Source of the DNA: Candidatus Latescibacterota bacterium
GTDB taxonomy: Bacteria > Latescibacterota > UBA2968
Assembly: GCA_965116885.1 (NCBI GenBank)
Contig: OZ220741.1
Span: forward strand, 2,432,001 to 2,496,000
DNA: 64,000 nt
Reading direction: 5' to 3'
A program made the translations under genes and the position numbers. Shown here in pieces: positions 40,122 to 49,233 of the stretch. The notes under the pieces were generated by a model. The model searched no databases, was not told the origin of the DNA, and saw nothing but the letters and a program-made list of their open reading frames with translations. The first letter of the stretch is position 1, and each line of letters opens with the position of its first letter.

Positions 40122-40712
40122 TCATCCGGGTTGTAAACCGAGTTTGCGAAATTCGCTTTTGAGTTGGCGACGGGCGCGGCACAGCCATGTTTTGACGGTT
40201 CCAAGTGGAACGCGAAGCGCCTGTGTGATTTCTTCGTAAGACCAGTCCATGACGTAGCGCAACCACATGGCTTTGCGATAGCGTTCGGGTAAGTTTTGAA
40301 TGCTTTTGTGGACCAATTGTATGCGTTCGCGTTTTTCGACTATTTGGTCTGGTAGCGCGCCGGGTATGAGGTCGCGGATGACGTTGCGAACGACTTCGGG
40401 GTCTTCGGTTTGATAGACCCAGTTTTGCCGAACTTGTTGCGAGCGCAGGTGCGAGCGATAGACGTTGAGGGCAATTTGCGTGAGCCAGGTCGAAAATGCT
40501 GCCTGGCCTTTGAATGTGTGAAGCGAGCGATAGGCGCGGAAAAATGTGTCTTGCATCAGGTCGTCAATGGTATCGCGGTCCGAAATGCGCTGTGCGAGGG
40601 TGCCGTAGATCTGGTTCTGGTATTTGTGGTAGAGTTTTTCAAAGGCTCGGCTGTCGCCCGAGAGGGATGCGCGAATCAGATTTTGATCCTGTGTTTTCAC
40701 TTTTTTCTCCAT
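40122..40712 (-). CDS. ECF RNA polymerase sigma factor
   Basis: GD..AF..LY, DDLMQDTF, FSTWL..IALN, SYEEI...L.VPLGTVKTWL.RAR. Confidence 0.92.
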   Translation of the reverse strand: MEKKVKTQDQNLIRASLSGDSRAFEKLYHKYQNQIYGTLAQRISDRDTIDDLMQDTFFRAYRSLHTFKGQAAFSTWLTQIALNVYRSHLRSQQVRQNWVYQTEDPEVVRNVIRDLIPGALPDQIVEKRERIQLVHKSIQNLPERYRKAMWLRYVMDWSYEEITQALRVPLGTVKTWLCRARRQLKSEFRKLGLQPG

Positions 40713-40770
40713 TCGTTAAGATAATTCGTTTATTACTATTCTCTTGTTTGTAACAAGACGGATTTTTCCG

Positions 40771-40941
40771 TCAGTCTCTTTTGATCAAGCGATAACCGAT
40801 CATAATACATATAACGGCGATGGCGAGTTTGAGCAGGAGAAAGAGTAGCCCAAATAGAGAGCCGATGAGCGGGAAGAGAACCTGGATGGCGATAATGCCA
40901 CCGATGATGATGAGTACGATGCCGATGAGTTTTGCCAACAT
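40771..40941 (-). CDS. Small hydrophobic membrane protein (56 aa), absent from the ORF track
   Basis: MLAKLIGIVLIIIGGIIAIQVLFPLIGSLFGLLFLLLKLAIAVICIMIGYRLIKRD*; AAAGGA RBS; inside the operon. Confidence 0.8.
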   Translation of the reverse strand: MLAKLIGIVLIIIGGIIAIQVLFPLIGSLFGLLFLLLKLAIAVICIMIGYRLIKRD

Positions 40942-40972
40942 GAGGTGTCCTTTTTATTTGTGAGGTTGTCCG

Positions 40973-41332
40973 TCATTCCGAGATGGTTTGCGGAGGTGAA
41001 AGTGACTTAACGGGCGAGCGGCTTTCGAGACGCTCGAGTTTGTCGTCGTTGGTGATGACGATATCTTGAAGGTCGATGAGGCGTTTTTCAAGTTCTTTCA
41101 CGCGTTTTGATAGTTTTTCAGACAGGTTGTTGTTTTTTGTCGATTTGTTTCTTTTTTTATTTTCTGACTCAAATGCGAATACGAGGGCGACAATGGTAAT
41201 GATAGCCATGGCAACCCAGGCCGCCGCCAGGATGAGGCCACCTCCAAATGTTGGGTTTTCAATATAGGCAATTGTACCGCCTGCAAGAATAATTAGACTG
41301 ATACCAACCGTGAGTGAGAGAAAGATGCGCAT
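40973..41332 (-). CDS. Two-TM + coiled-coil protein, PspB-like paralog 3
   Basis: C-terminal 'RVKELEKRLIDLQDIVITNDDKL' matches the two upstream small ORFs; GGAGG RBS. Confidence 0.75.
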   Translation of the reverse strand: MRIFLSLTVGISLIILAGGTIAYIENPTFGGGLILAAAWVAMAIITIVALVFAFESENKKRNKSTKNNNLSEKLSKRVKELEKRLIDLQDIVITNDDKLERLESRSPVKSLSPPQTISE

Positions 41333-41355
41333 GGTGCCCTCCCTGTTAGTTTAAG

Positions 41356-41589
41356 TTAGCGAGAAATAGGCGATCGCTCGAATTTTTCGTCAATGGTGAT
41401 GAGGATGTCCTGAATGTCCGTGAGTCTGCGGTCGAGTTCGTCCATTCTCTCATTCAAGCGTTTTTCCGCATCGCTGGGGATAGATCCTTTTGTGCGGCGG
41501 TCAATGTATTTGTGTACTGCTGATGCAATGGCTCCTACAATGATGATCAGCAATATGCCACCCATAGTGACACCAATAACATTAGTCAT
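41356..41589 (-). CDS. One-TM + coiled-coil protein, PspB-like paralog 2
   Basis: 'RMDELDRRLTDIQDILITIDEKF'; GGAGG RBS. Confidence 0.8.
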   Translation of the reverse strand: MTNVIGVTMGGILLIIIVGAIASAVHKYIDRRTKGSIPSDAEKRLNERMDELDRRLTDIQDILITIDEKFERSPISR

Positions 41590-41600
41590 GTTACCCCTCC

Positions 41601-41801
41601 TTATTTTCTGCTGAGTTTTTCGTCAATGGTGATCATGACGTCCTGAATGTCTGTGAGCCTGCGGTCGAGTTCGTCCATTCGTTCATTCAAGCGTTCTTCT
41701 GCATCGCTGGGGATTGAGCCTTTGGTGCGGCGATCGACGTATTTGTGTACCGCTGATGCGAGAATGATTATCGCTACCATGATTCCAATTTCAAACATCA
41801 T
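41601..41801 (-). CDS. One-TM + coiled-coil protein, PspB-like paralog 1
   Basis: 'RMDELDRRLTDIQDVMITIDEKL'; GGAGG RBS; near-identical to paralog 2. Confidence 0.8.
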   Translation of the reverse strand: MMFEIGIMVAIIILASAVHKYVDRRTKGSIPSDAEERLNERMDELDRRLTDIQDVMITIDEKLSRK

Positions 41802-41822
41802 TTGTTTGCCCTCCCATACACA

Positions 41823-42494
41823 TTAGAGTTCATCCACGGGTCTCGCGCGGTGTTTTTCATCCCAGTGTTCGATTTCCGGAAAATGGTAAACGACGAGTCC
41901 CGAATCTGAGATTCGCATTTCCGCATGACCACTTATGGTTAATTCTCGCAGGATTTCTTCGGTTTTTTCAACTGTTATTCTGGTGTCCATAGCAGTTTCT
42001 GTCACGGTGAGGCTGCCCCCTTTATCCCGGGCGAGACGGAGTATGCGGTGCTGGTTTTTGGCATGTGCTTTTTTGTCTCCCGATCTTTTGACCTTGCGAC
42101 CTGCCCACCATATAATCTGAGAGATGATGATTAGCACGAGGCCGCCACTGAGTTCTTCGTGCATGAATGGGTTTGTGCCATCGACCCAGGGAGGATATTG
42201 TATCACTACCATGAGTACGAGCATGAGGCCGCTAAATCCCATAAGTGCAGCCATTCCTATTAAACCATAAGCGAAGAGATAACGCATGGCACAACTCCCA
42301 TCGGTGGCGAGGTCAGAGAGGCGGTCGGGCACGCGCTTGAATGAATTGGTTGCACTTTGGAAATCACTGCTCGCAGTGTGAACGCGCGCCTCCCAGTTTC
42401 CCCTCCATTTCTTTTTTATTTTTCGCTCCGCATCGTTGACCGCGCGGTCAATTTTGCTGGCGATTTCATCGGCGAGTTTTTCCAGGTCACGCAT
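41823..42494 (-). CDS. Two-TM protein with C-terminal winged-helix-like domain
   Basis: Two hydrophobic helices then ILRLARDKGGSLTV.E.A...L..G.A...SDSGLVVYHF; overlaps the pspA stop. Confidence 0.75.
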   Translation of the reverse strand: MRDLEKLADEIASKIDRAVNDAERKIKKKWRGNWEARVHTASSDFQSATNSFKRVPDRLSDLATDGSCAMRYLFAYGLIGMAALMGFSGLMLVLMVVIQYPPWVDGTNPFMHEELSGGLVLIIISQIIWWAGRKVKRSGDKKAHAKNQHRILRLARDKGGSLTVTETAMDTRITVEKTEEILRELTISGHAEMRISDSGLVVYHFPEIEHWDEKHRARPVDEL

Positions 42495-43164
42495 CTTTTT
42501 GTCCCATTTTCTTTTTTAGTGCACTGAGTTCGTCTTCTACTGTGCTTTTGCGCTCGAGTTTGGAGAATTCTTCTTCCAGAGAGGGGTCAGCACTCGCCAT
42601 TTCTTGATGGGCTTCGGCTTCGGCTTCTTCGGTTTCGATGCGCTGGCGGAATCGTTCAAAGCTCGAAAATGCGTCTTCACCCACTCCCGAGAGGCCCCTG
42701 GCGATTTGCTTGCGGGCTTCGGCTGCACGACGTCGGGCAATTAGAGTGCCCTGGCGGGTGCGGGCTTCGTCGAGTTTGGCTTTGAGTTGGGTGAGTTGTT
42801 GTTTGAGTTGGGACGAGGTTTTACGGCTTTCTTCGAGGGCGACTTCGAGGTCGTGTGTGGCTTCCTGATTTGCAGCTTTGCGTTCGAGGGCGCGGCGGGC
42901 AAGGTCGTCTTCGCCGGCTTCAACGGCTAATTCGGCTTTTTTTTGCCAGGCTTCTATTTGATCTTGTTTTTCGAGATATTGTCTTTCCAGGCGTTTTTCG
43001 TTGGCTACAGCCGTGCCAACCGAAGCAGTGGCTTTATTGACGGCTTCTTCCATTTCCAGAATCATCTGGCGGATCATTTTTTCCGGGTCTTCTGCGCGGG
43101 TAATCAGGTCGTTGACGTTGGCTTTGACGATGTCGGCCATTCTGTAAAAAATTCCGCGTGCCAT
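42487..43164 (-). CDS. pspA: Phage shock protein A (PspA/IM30 family)
   Basis: GIF.R..DIVKANVN.LI.RAEDPEKMIRQMILEME, G.DDLAR.AL, VEDEL..LK.KM. Confidence 0.95.
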   Translation of the reverse strand: MARGIFYRMADIVKANVNDLITRAEDPEKMIRQMILEMEEAVNKATASVGTAVANEKRLERQYLEKQDQIEAWQKKAELAVEAGEDDLARRALERKAANQEATHDLEVALEESRKTSSQLKQQLTQLKAKLDEARTRQGTLIARRRAAEARKQIARGLSGVGEDAFSSFERFRQRIETEEAEAEAHQEMASADPSLEEEFSKLERKSTVEDELSALKKKMGQKDA

Positions 43165-43232
43165 GATCTGCTCCTTTCACAGGGTGATACATTTATGGGA
43201 TTCTGATGTTTTTTGTTGTCGCACTCTTTTTA

Positions 43233-43248
43233 TGCAAAGTCTATGCCA
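43233..43248 (-). promoter_or_regulatory. Sigma54 -24/-12 promoter upstream of pspA
   Basis: Minus strand reads TGGCAT-AGACT-TTGCA, matching TGGCAC-N5-TTGCW, about 70 nt before the pspA ATG. Confidence 0.88.
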
Positions 43249-43492
43249 GGAGTGCGATGAGGTGTTAAGTGTTGTTTTTCATACACATAGATATTTTTTG
43301 AAATAGGATAGGTCGATAAAGTTGGTGAAAATTGCCATGTGTTCTGGCGAAAGAGACCAAATTTTCCATTTTTGATCGGATATTTTTAGAGGGTCACATC
43401 TTGTCTTTTTTTTCTAAAAGGTCTATTATCTATCGGTTTGTCGCAAGTTGGTCTCAAATACCATCACTTTCACTCTATACACTGAATTTTTT

Positions 43493-44944
43493 ATGTTTCG
43501 ATATATCCGACTGTTTTTGTTTGCCTGGTTATTTTTATCTTGTGCGGCACATGCGCCTGCTTTAACAGAGACTTATGTGGTGCAAAGAGGGGATTCTCTG
43601 TGGGAAATTGCCGATCAATTTTCCATGAGTGTGACTGAACTTAAGCGGAGCAATGGGTTGAGATCGCATCACATTTATCCGGGACAAAGACTGCTCATTC
43701 GCTCACAAAGGCTTCCCACGCGCTCTTCCAGTGGGGTAGAATACGTGGTGAGAAGGGGAGATTCGCTTTCTAAAATCGCCGCGCGATATTCTATGAGTGT
43801 GACCGAACTGAAGCGGCTTAATGGGTTGAGGTCGAATAATATTTATCCCGGACAAAGGCTTCGCACCCGCTCTGCAGTGCAACCGTCTCGCTTCCGCCCA
43901 TCTTCTGGCTACGTAGAAATGGACTATGTGGTGAGAAGGGGGGATACGCTTTCTAAAATTGCCGCACAATATTCTATGGGCCTGACCGAACTGAAGCGGA
44001 GCAATGGTATCCGATCAGATCGCATTCATGTGGGCCAGAGGTTAAAGATACGGACTCGGTTAACAAAGATCGCGATGGATAATGGGCCGTATTATTTTTC
44101 TCGTCCCAAAGCTGCTGTGCAACGCAGTCGGAGATATCGAGAAGTGCCCCCCAAAAAGCCGATTGAAGATTATAGGAGTGCCCGAAATTTGATGGGTGTG
44201 TTCAATGCAAGTATTAATTCTGATATGCGTCGAGATGGCAGATCATTGAATGGCTGGCGCATTGTGCTCGACCCGGGGCACGGTGGACGCGATCCGGGTG
44301 CTATTGTTTCCAATTTAGATGGCAATAATCGTTCGGTTTATGTGGTCGAAGACGAATTTGTTTACGATATCGCGTTGCGTTTGTACCAAAAACTGAGGCT
44401 TGCAGGTGCCGAGGTGGAGATGACGGTGATTAGTCCAAATCATCTCATTCGAGAAAATAATCCGCCTTCGAGGACGTTTGTACACGAACAAAACGAAGTC
44501 TATAACGATGCAAGCGCCAACAGAAGAAATAGTTTTTCAGTGCGTCCGGGGCTTGATAATATTGTACAAAGAGTAAAAATAGCCAACCGTTTCTTTGCAA
44601 GGCGCGGGAAGACTCTGTTTATATCGCTGCATGCAGACAACACACCCAATCGTCCAAAGGGTCCGCTGGTTATTTATTGGAGCAGGCGCGGGAAGATCGA
44701 TTCGCGGTCCCGGGCATTTGCGCGGATTATGGAAAGGGCACTCGATCTGCCAGATGTGCCCGCTCAAATTGGGGGGCGCAATCTGGCGGTGTTGCGAGGC
44801 AATCTGGCGCAGGCAGAAATTTTGGTGGAGATACGCAATGTACATCATAAGGGCGAAGCATGGGCATTGCGGTCCCACAAGATGCGCGACTCCGATGCGG
44901 ATCGCATTTTTCGCGGGATCTTAAATTACGCGAAGAGGTATTAG
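43493..44944 (+). CDS. N-acetylmuramoyl-L-alanine amidase (Amidase_3) with three LysM domains
   Basis: 3x Y.V.RGD.L..IA..Y.M...ELKR.NG; IVLDPGHGG.DPGA, E, ISLHAD, LVE motifs; signal peptide. Confidence 0.9.
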   Translation: MFRYIRLFLFAWLFLSCAAHAPALTETYVVQRGDSLWEIADQFSMSVTELKRSNGLRSHHIYPGQRLLIRSQRLPTRSSSGVEYVVRRGDSLSKIAARYSMSVTELKRLNGLRSNNIYPGQRLRTRSAVQPSRFRPSSGYVEMDYVVRRGDTLSKIAAQYSMGLTELKRSNGIRSDRIHVGQRLKIRTRLTKIAMDNGPYYFSRPKAAVQRSRRYREVPPKKPIEDYRSARNLMGVFNASINSDMRRDGRSLNGWRIVLDPGHGGRDPGAIVSNLDGNNRSVYVVEDEFVYDIALRLYQKLRLAGAEVEMTVISPNHLIRENNPPSRTFVHEQNEVYNDASANRRNSFSVRPGLDNIVQRVKIANRFFARRGKTLFISLHADNTPNRPKGPLVIYWSRRGKIDSRSRAFARIMERALDLPDVPAQIGGRNLAVLRGNLAQAEILVEIRNVHHKGEAWALRSHKMRDSDADRIFRGILNYAKRY

Positions 44945-44947
44945 GTA

Positions 44948-47134
44948 TTACGGACAAAATCGCTTTAAGCGCAGGGCATTGGTGACAACGGAGACAGAAG
45001 AGAGGGCCATAGCAGCGGCAGCGAGCATGGGACCGCCCAGGGGATTGAGCAGGCCCAGGGCAGCAATGGGAATGAGAAGGGTGTTGTAGGCAAATGCCCA
45101 GAAGAGATTTTGGCGAATGATGCGCATGGTTTGCCGCGATAGCCGAATAGATGTGGCTATGGCCGATAGGTTGCCCGACATGAGGATCATGCCCGCGCTT
45201 TCTATGGCAATGTCTGTGCCCGAACTCAGGGCGATGCCGACGTCGGCCTGGGCGAGTGCGGGTGCGTCGTTGATGCCGTCGCCAACCATGCCCACGTTTA
45301 TATTTTTGTTTTGGAGTTGCGCGATTTTTTTGGCTTTGTCCTGGGGCAGAACTTCGGCAATGACCTGATCGATGTTGAGCTGTTGTCCAATGGCTTTGGC
45401 CGTGCGTGCGTTGTCGCCTGTCACGAGGGAGATTTCAAGGTCCAGATGCTGGAGGTCACGAACGGCTTGGGCGGCGTCGGCTTTCAGGTTGTCTGAAATG
45501 GCGATGAGGCCCGCAGGCTGATCATTGACGGTGATGAATACGGCGGTTTTGCCCTCGGCTTCGAGTTTTTCAACCGGATATTTTGCGCGGTCAGATATGG
45601 TGCGTGGGTTGCCGAGCACGATGCGCTGTCCGTCAATTGTAGCGGCGACGCCAACGCCGGGTATGGCTTCAAAATCTGTGGTTGGGTGCAGGGAGAGGCT
45701 GGCTTCTTGTGCGGCGCGAACAATGGCTTCGCCAAGGGGGTGTTCCGATCCTTTTTCTGCAGAGGCTGCGAGTTTGAGTATGTGGTCGGGATGGTAATTT
45801 TCTGCGGGGATAATATCGGTGACAGTGGGTTTACCTTCTGTTAGCGTGCCTGTTTTGTCCAGGACAATGGCATTGAGGCGGTGTGCATTTTCGAGCACAT
45901 CGCCTCCTTTTATGAGGATGCCGAGTTGCGCGCCCCGTCCTGTGCCGACTGCGATGGCAGTGGGTGTGGCCAATCCCATTGCACAAGGGCATGCGATGAT
46001 GAGGACGACTACGGCATTGATGAGGGCGGTTTCGATCCCAGAGCCAAAAATCCACCACAGGGTACAGGTCAGCAGGGCGATAACGAAGATTATCGGGACA
46101 AAGATGCTGGCGACGCGGTCGGCGAGGTGTTGTATGGGTGCTTTGGACCCCTGCGCTTGTCGCACGAGATCGATGATTTGAGACAAGACGGTATCGGCGC
46201 CGATCTGTGTTGCTATGAAGATAAAACTGCCGGTTGTGTTGCGCGTGCCGCCTATGACTTTGTCGCCTTGTTGTTTGTCAACGGGTAGGGCTTCACCTGT
46301 GAGCATGGATTCGTCAATTGTAGATTGCCCATTTTGTATGAGGCCATCGACCGGGATATTTTCGCCGGGACGTACGCGAATGTGGTCGCCGACCTGGATA
46401 TGTTCAATGGGCGTTTCAACATCCCGACCGTTGCGGACGATGTGGGCGGTTTTCGGGCGCAAGTCGAGGAGTTTTCGGATGGCGGAGGATGTTTGGCCTC
46501 TGGCGCGCGTTTCGAGCAGGCGACCGAGCAAGACAAGGGTAATGATCATGGCTGAGGTGTCGAAGTAGGTCTGGATATTCTGCGTGCCGAGTGGGATAAA
46601 GGTTACCGCGGCGCTGTAAAAGTAAGCGGCGAGGGTTCCCGCAGCTATCAGGCTGTTCATGTCGGCTGAGCGATGGCGCAGTGCAGCCCAGGCCCCTTTG
46701 AGAAAACGCCAGCCACAGAAGAATTGTACCGGTGTGGTCAATGCAAAGAGCAATATGTGAATGTGATGTGGGGGGATGTTCGCGCCCCACAGAGTGCGGG
46801 TCATGCCGGTTGCCATGATGAGTGCAGAGAGGATCGCGGCGACTGTGAATAGAGATCGCAACTTGCCATATTCGATTGTGCGTCCGGTCTGTTCGGCGTC
46901 TTCGGAAATGTGAGGAGAGGCTTCGTAGCCGGCATTGGAGACGGCATTTACAAGTGTGTCTATCAGGACGGCTTTGTGGTGAACCGTGGCCTGATGGGTG
47001 GCAAAGTTGACCTGGGCATCTGCGACGCCGGGGATGGTTTTGAGGGCATCTTCAACCCGCGCCACACATGCGGCACAACTCATGCCTTCGATGGAGAGGG
47101 TCTGGGTTTGCATGGGGTGTTCGGTTTTTGTCAT
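44948..47134 (-). CDS. copA: Cu(I)-translocating P1B-type ATPase
   Basis: [35 protein letters not shown] and MALSS motifs. Confidence 0.92.
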   Translation of the reverse strand: MTKTEHPMQTQTLSIEGMSCAACVARVEDALKTIPGVADAQVNFATHQATVHHKAVLIDTLVNAVSNAGYEASPHISEDAEQTGRTIEYGKLRSLFTVAAILSALIMATGMTRTLWGANIPPHHIHILLFALTTPVQFFCGWRFLKGAWAALRHRSADMNSLIAAGTLAAYFYSAAVTFIPLGTQNIQTYFDTSAMIITLVLLGRLLETRARGQTSSAIRKLLDLRPKTAHIVRNGRDVETPIEHIQVGDHIRVRPGENIPVDGLIQNGQSTIDESMLTGEALPVDKQQGDKVIGGTRNTTGSFIFIATQIGADTVLSQIIDLVRQAQGSKAPIQHLADRVASIFVPIIFVIALLTCTLWWIFGSGIETALINAVVVLIIACPCAMGLATPTAIAVGTGRGAQLGILIKGGDVLENAHRLNAIVLDKTGTLTEGKPTVTDIIPAENYHPDHILKLAASAEKGSEHPLGEAIVRAAQEASLSLHPTTDFEAIPGVGVAATIDGQRIVLGNPRTISDRAKYPVEKLEAEGKTAVFITVNDQPAGLIAISDNLKADAAQAVRDLQHLDLEISLVTGDNARTAKAIGQQLNIDQVIAEVLPQDKAKKIAQLQNKNINVGMVGDGINDAPALAQADVGIALSSGTDIAIESAGMILMSGNLSAIATSIRLSRQTMRIIRQNLFWAFAYNTLLIPIAALGLLNPLGGPMLAAAAMALSSVSVVTNALRLKRFCP

Positions 47135-47154
47135 GGGTAGTGGTGAATGCTATT

Positions 47155-48273
47155 TTATTTGAGGTTTTCGGGGTTTAGTCCTTTGAGGTCCTCTACGACA
47201 AAACGCCCGTTTTTGCGAATGCACTCGTCGTCGAAGTAGATTTTTCCACCGCCGTATTCGGGGGTTTGGATGAAGACCATGTCCCAGTGTACGGCAGAGC
47301 GGTTGCCGTTGTCGGCGTCATCGGGATAGGCATTTCCGGGTGTAAAGTGGAATGATCCCGATATTTTTTCGTCGAAGAGAATATCGAGCATAGGCGATGT
47401 GATGTAGGGGTTGAATGCGATGGCAAATTCGCCAATATAACGCGCGCCTTCATCGGTGTTGAGAATGTCGTTGAGTTTGGCAGTATTGTTCGAGGTCGCG
47501 TCGATGATTTTGCCCGCTTGAAAGGTCAGTTTGATATCTGAGAATGTCGTACCGCGATAGATGGTGGGGACGTTGAAATGGATGTGACCGTTTACAGAGT
47601 CTTTAACCGGCGCGGTGAAACACTCGCCATCGGGGATGTTGCGAAGTCCCGTACACGGTCTGACGGGTATGTCTTTGATGCTAAAGGATAGATCGGTATC
47701 GATTCCTGTGATGCGTACGCGGTCGGTTTGTTCCATGCGTTTTTTAAGGGGGGCGACCGCTTCGGCCATTTTGCCATAGTCGAGCGTGCAGACGTCAAAA
47801 TAAAAATCTTCAAATGCTTCAGTACTTTGTTGCGCCTGTTGTGCCATAGAAGGCGTGGGCCATCGCAAGACCACCCATTTTGTGTGCGGTACGCGGATGG
47901 CAAAGTGCACGGGTTTGAGCCAGTGTTTTTCGTAGATATCCATCGCGGTGCTGGATACATCTGATAATTCTGAGATGTTGCGGCTGCCGCGCAGACCGAT
48001 GTAGGCCTGTACGCGCTTCATTCGGTAGGCTTCATAATCGCCTGCTTGTTGCATGGTGGCGATATCGCCTGCATGGATGAGTTCGCGTTGGATGCGATTG
48101 TTTTTTATGGATATTAGGGGAATACCGCCAACTTCGCGCACTTTGCGAATGAGTGCAATGATCATGTCTTCGGGCATGTCATAGCCTTGGATGAGGACGG
48201 TTTCGCCCGCTTGTAATTTTGTGGAATGGCGAATTAGGACATCGGCGAGTTTTTCAAGGCGAGGGTCTTGCAT
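47155..48273 (-). CDS. Aminopeptidase, M29 (AmpS/AmpT) family
   Basis: MQDPRLEKLA, NIPDGECFTAP, GEFAI, LFDEKI, HFTPGNAY, SAVHWD; AGGAG RBS before ATG 48273. Confidence 0.9.
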   Translation of the reverse strand: MQDPRLEKLADVLIRHSTKLQAGETVLIQGYDMPEDMIIALIRKVREVGGIPLISIKNNRIQRELIHAGDIATMQQAGDYEAYRMKRVQAYIGLRGSRNISELSDVSSTAMDIYEKHWLKPVHFAIRVPHTKWVVLRWPTPSMAQQAQQSTEAFEDFYFDVCTLDYGKMAEAVAPLKKRMEQTDRVRITGIDTDLSFSIKDIPVRPCTGLRNIPDGECFTAPVKDSVNGHIHFNVPTIYRGTTFSDIKLTFQAGKIIDATSNNTAKLNDILNTDEGARYIGEFAIAFNPYITSPMLDILFDEKISGSFHFTPGNAYPDDADNGNRSAVHWDMVFIQTPEYGGGKIYFDDECIRKNGRFVVEDLKGLNPENLK

Positions 48274-48366
48274 GAGGTCTCCTCGGGATGATTGCGGTTG
48301 ATGTTGATATAAAAATAACATATGATGTGTTTGTAAGCCATTATTAAAATACAACAGGTAGATCAC

Positions 48367-49140
48367 ATGAAATTCAGACCGTGTATTGATTTGAAAGATG
48401 GCCGGGTTGTTCAAATCGTGGGGGGTACGTTGCGCGATGGGGATGTCCAGCGCGCGGTGACCAATTTTGAGACCGAGCGTTCTCCTGCGGATTATGCCCG
48501 GCTGTATCGCGAGGACGGATTTTGGGGCGGCCATGTGATTGCGCTTGGGCCGGGCAATGAAGCGGCGGCGTTGGAGGCTCTGGCGGCGTTTCCCGGGGGT
48601 CTGCATCTGGGTGGGGGTATCACGCCGCACAATGCGGAAAAATTTTTGCGCGCGGGCGCGAGCCATGTGATTGTGACGTCTTATGTTTTCCGCGATGGGC
48701 AAATCGATATGACGCGATTGGATGAGATGATACGGGCTGTGGGTAGGGAGCGTTTGGTTCTGGATTTGAGTTGTCGAAAGCGCGGTGATGATTATGTTGT
48801 TGTAACGGATCGCTGGCAAAGATTTACGGATGTGACTGTCGGCGAGGAGATATTGGGCGCGTTGGCCGGTTATTGTGCTGAGTTTTTGGTGCACGGGGTT
48901 GATGTAGAGGGCAAACGCGCAGGTGTAGAAGAACCTCTGGTGGAAATGCTGGGCAGGTGGTCACCCGTGCCGGTAACTTATGCAGGTGGGGTGCGAGAGC
49001 TATCGGATTTGCACCGCGTCAATGTGCTGGGTCAGGGACGGGTGGATCTGACTATTGGCAGTGCGCTGGATATTTTTGGGGGCGATGTGGCATATCGAGA
49101 TGTTGTAGCCTGGATGAGAAGTGTGAAGGAAGAAGTGTGA
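48367..49140 (+). CDS. hisA: ProFAR isomerase HisA, eukaryote-type (His6-like)
   Basis: FRPCIDL..GRVVQIVGGTL, GGHVI.LG, LVLDLSCR, EFLVHGVDVEG, VDLTIGSALDIFGG. Confidence 0.9.
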   Translation: MKFRPCIDLKDGRVVQIVGGTLRDGDVQRAVTNFETERSPADYARLYREDGFWGGHVIALGPGNEAAALEALAAFPGGLHLGGGITPHNAEKFLRAGASHVIVTSYVFRDGQIDMTRLDEMIRAVGRERLVLDLSCRKRGDDYVVVTDRWQRFTDVTVGEEILGALAGYCAEFLVHGVDVEGKRAGVEEPLVEMLGRWSPVPVTYAGGVRELSDLHRVNVLGQGRVDLTIGSALDIFGGDVAYRDVVAWMRSVKEEV

Positions 49141-49149
49141 AGTGTGAAT

Positions 49150-49204
49150 GTAGGGGCGAAAAATCTTTCGCCCGTTGTTGTAGGGGCAATCCCTCGTGGT
49201 TGCC
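49150..49204 (+). repeat. Pair of GTAG-type REP-like palindromes
   Basis: GTAG-GGGCGAAA-AATC-TTTCGCCC and GTAG-GGGCAA-TCCCTCGTGG-TTGCC; a related GTAGGGGCG start lies at 56928. Confidence 0.7.
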
Positions 49205-49233
49205 TGCTTTTGTAAGATACAGGAAGAAGTGCG

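Noticed and set aside
43570..44050. Three ~130-bp DNA repeats as a mobile or repeat element
   Set aside because: Explained by three in-frame LysM domains
48274..48894. N-terminal extension of the aminopeptidase ORF
   Set aside because: Antisense to hisA; the family start and RBS are at 48273
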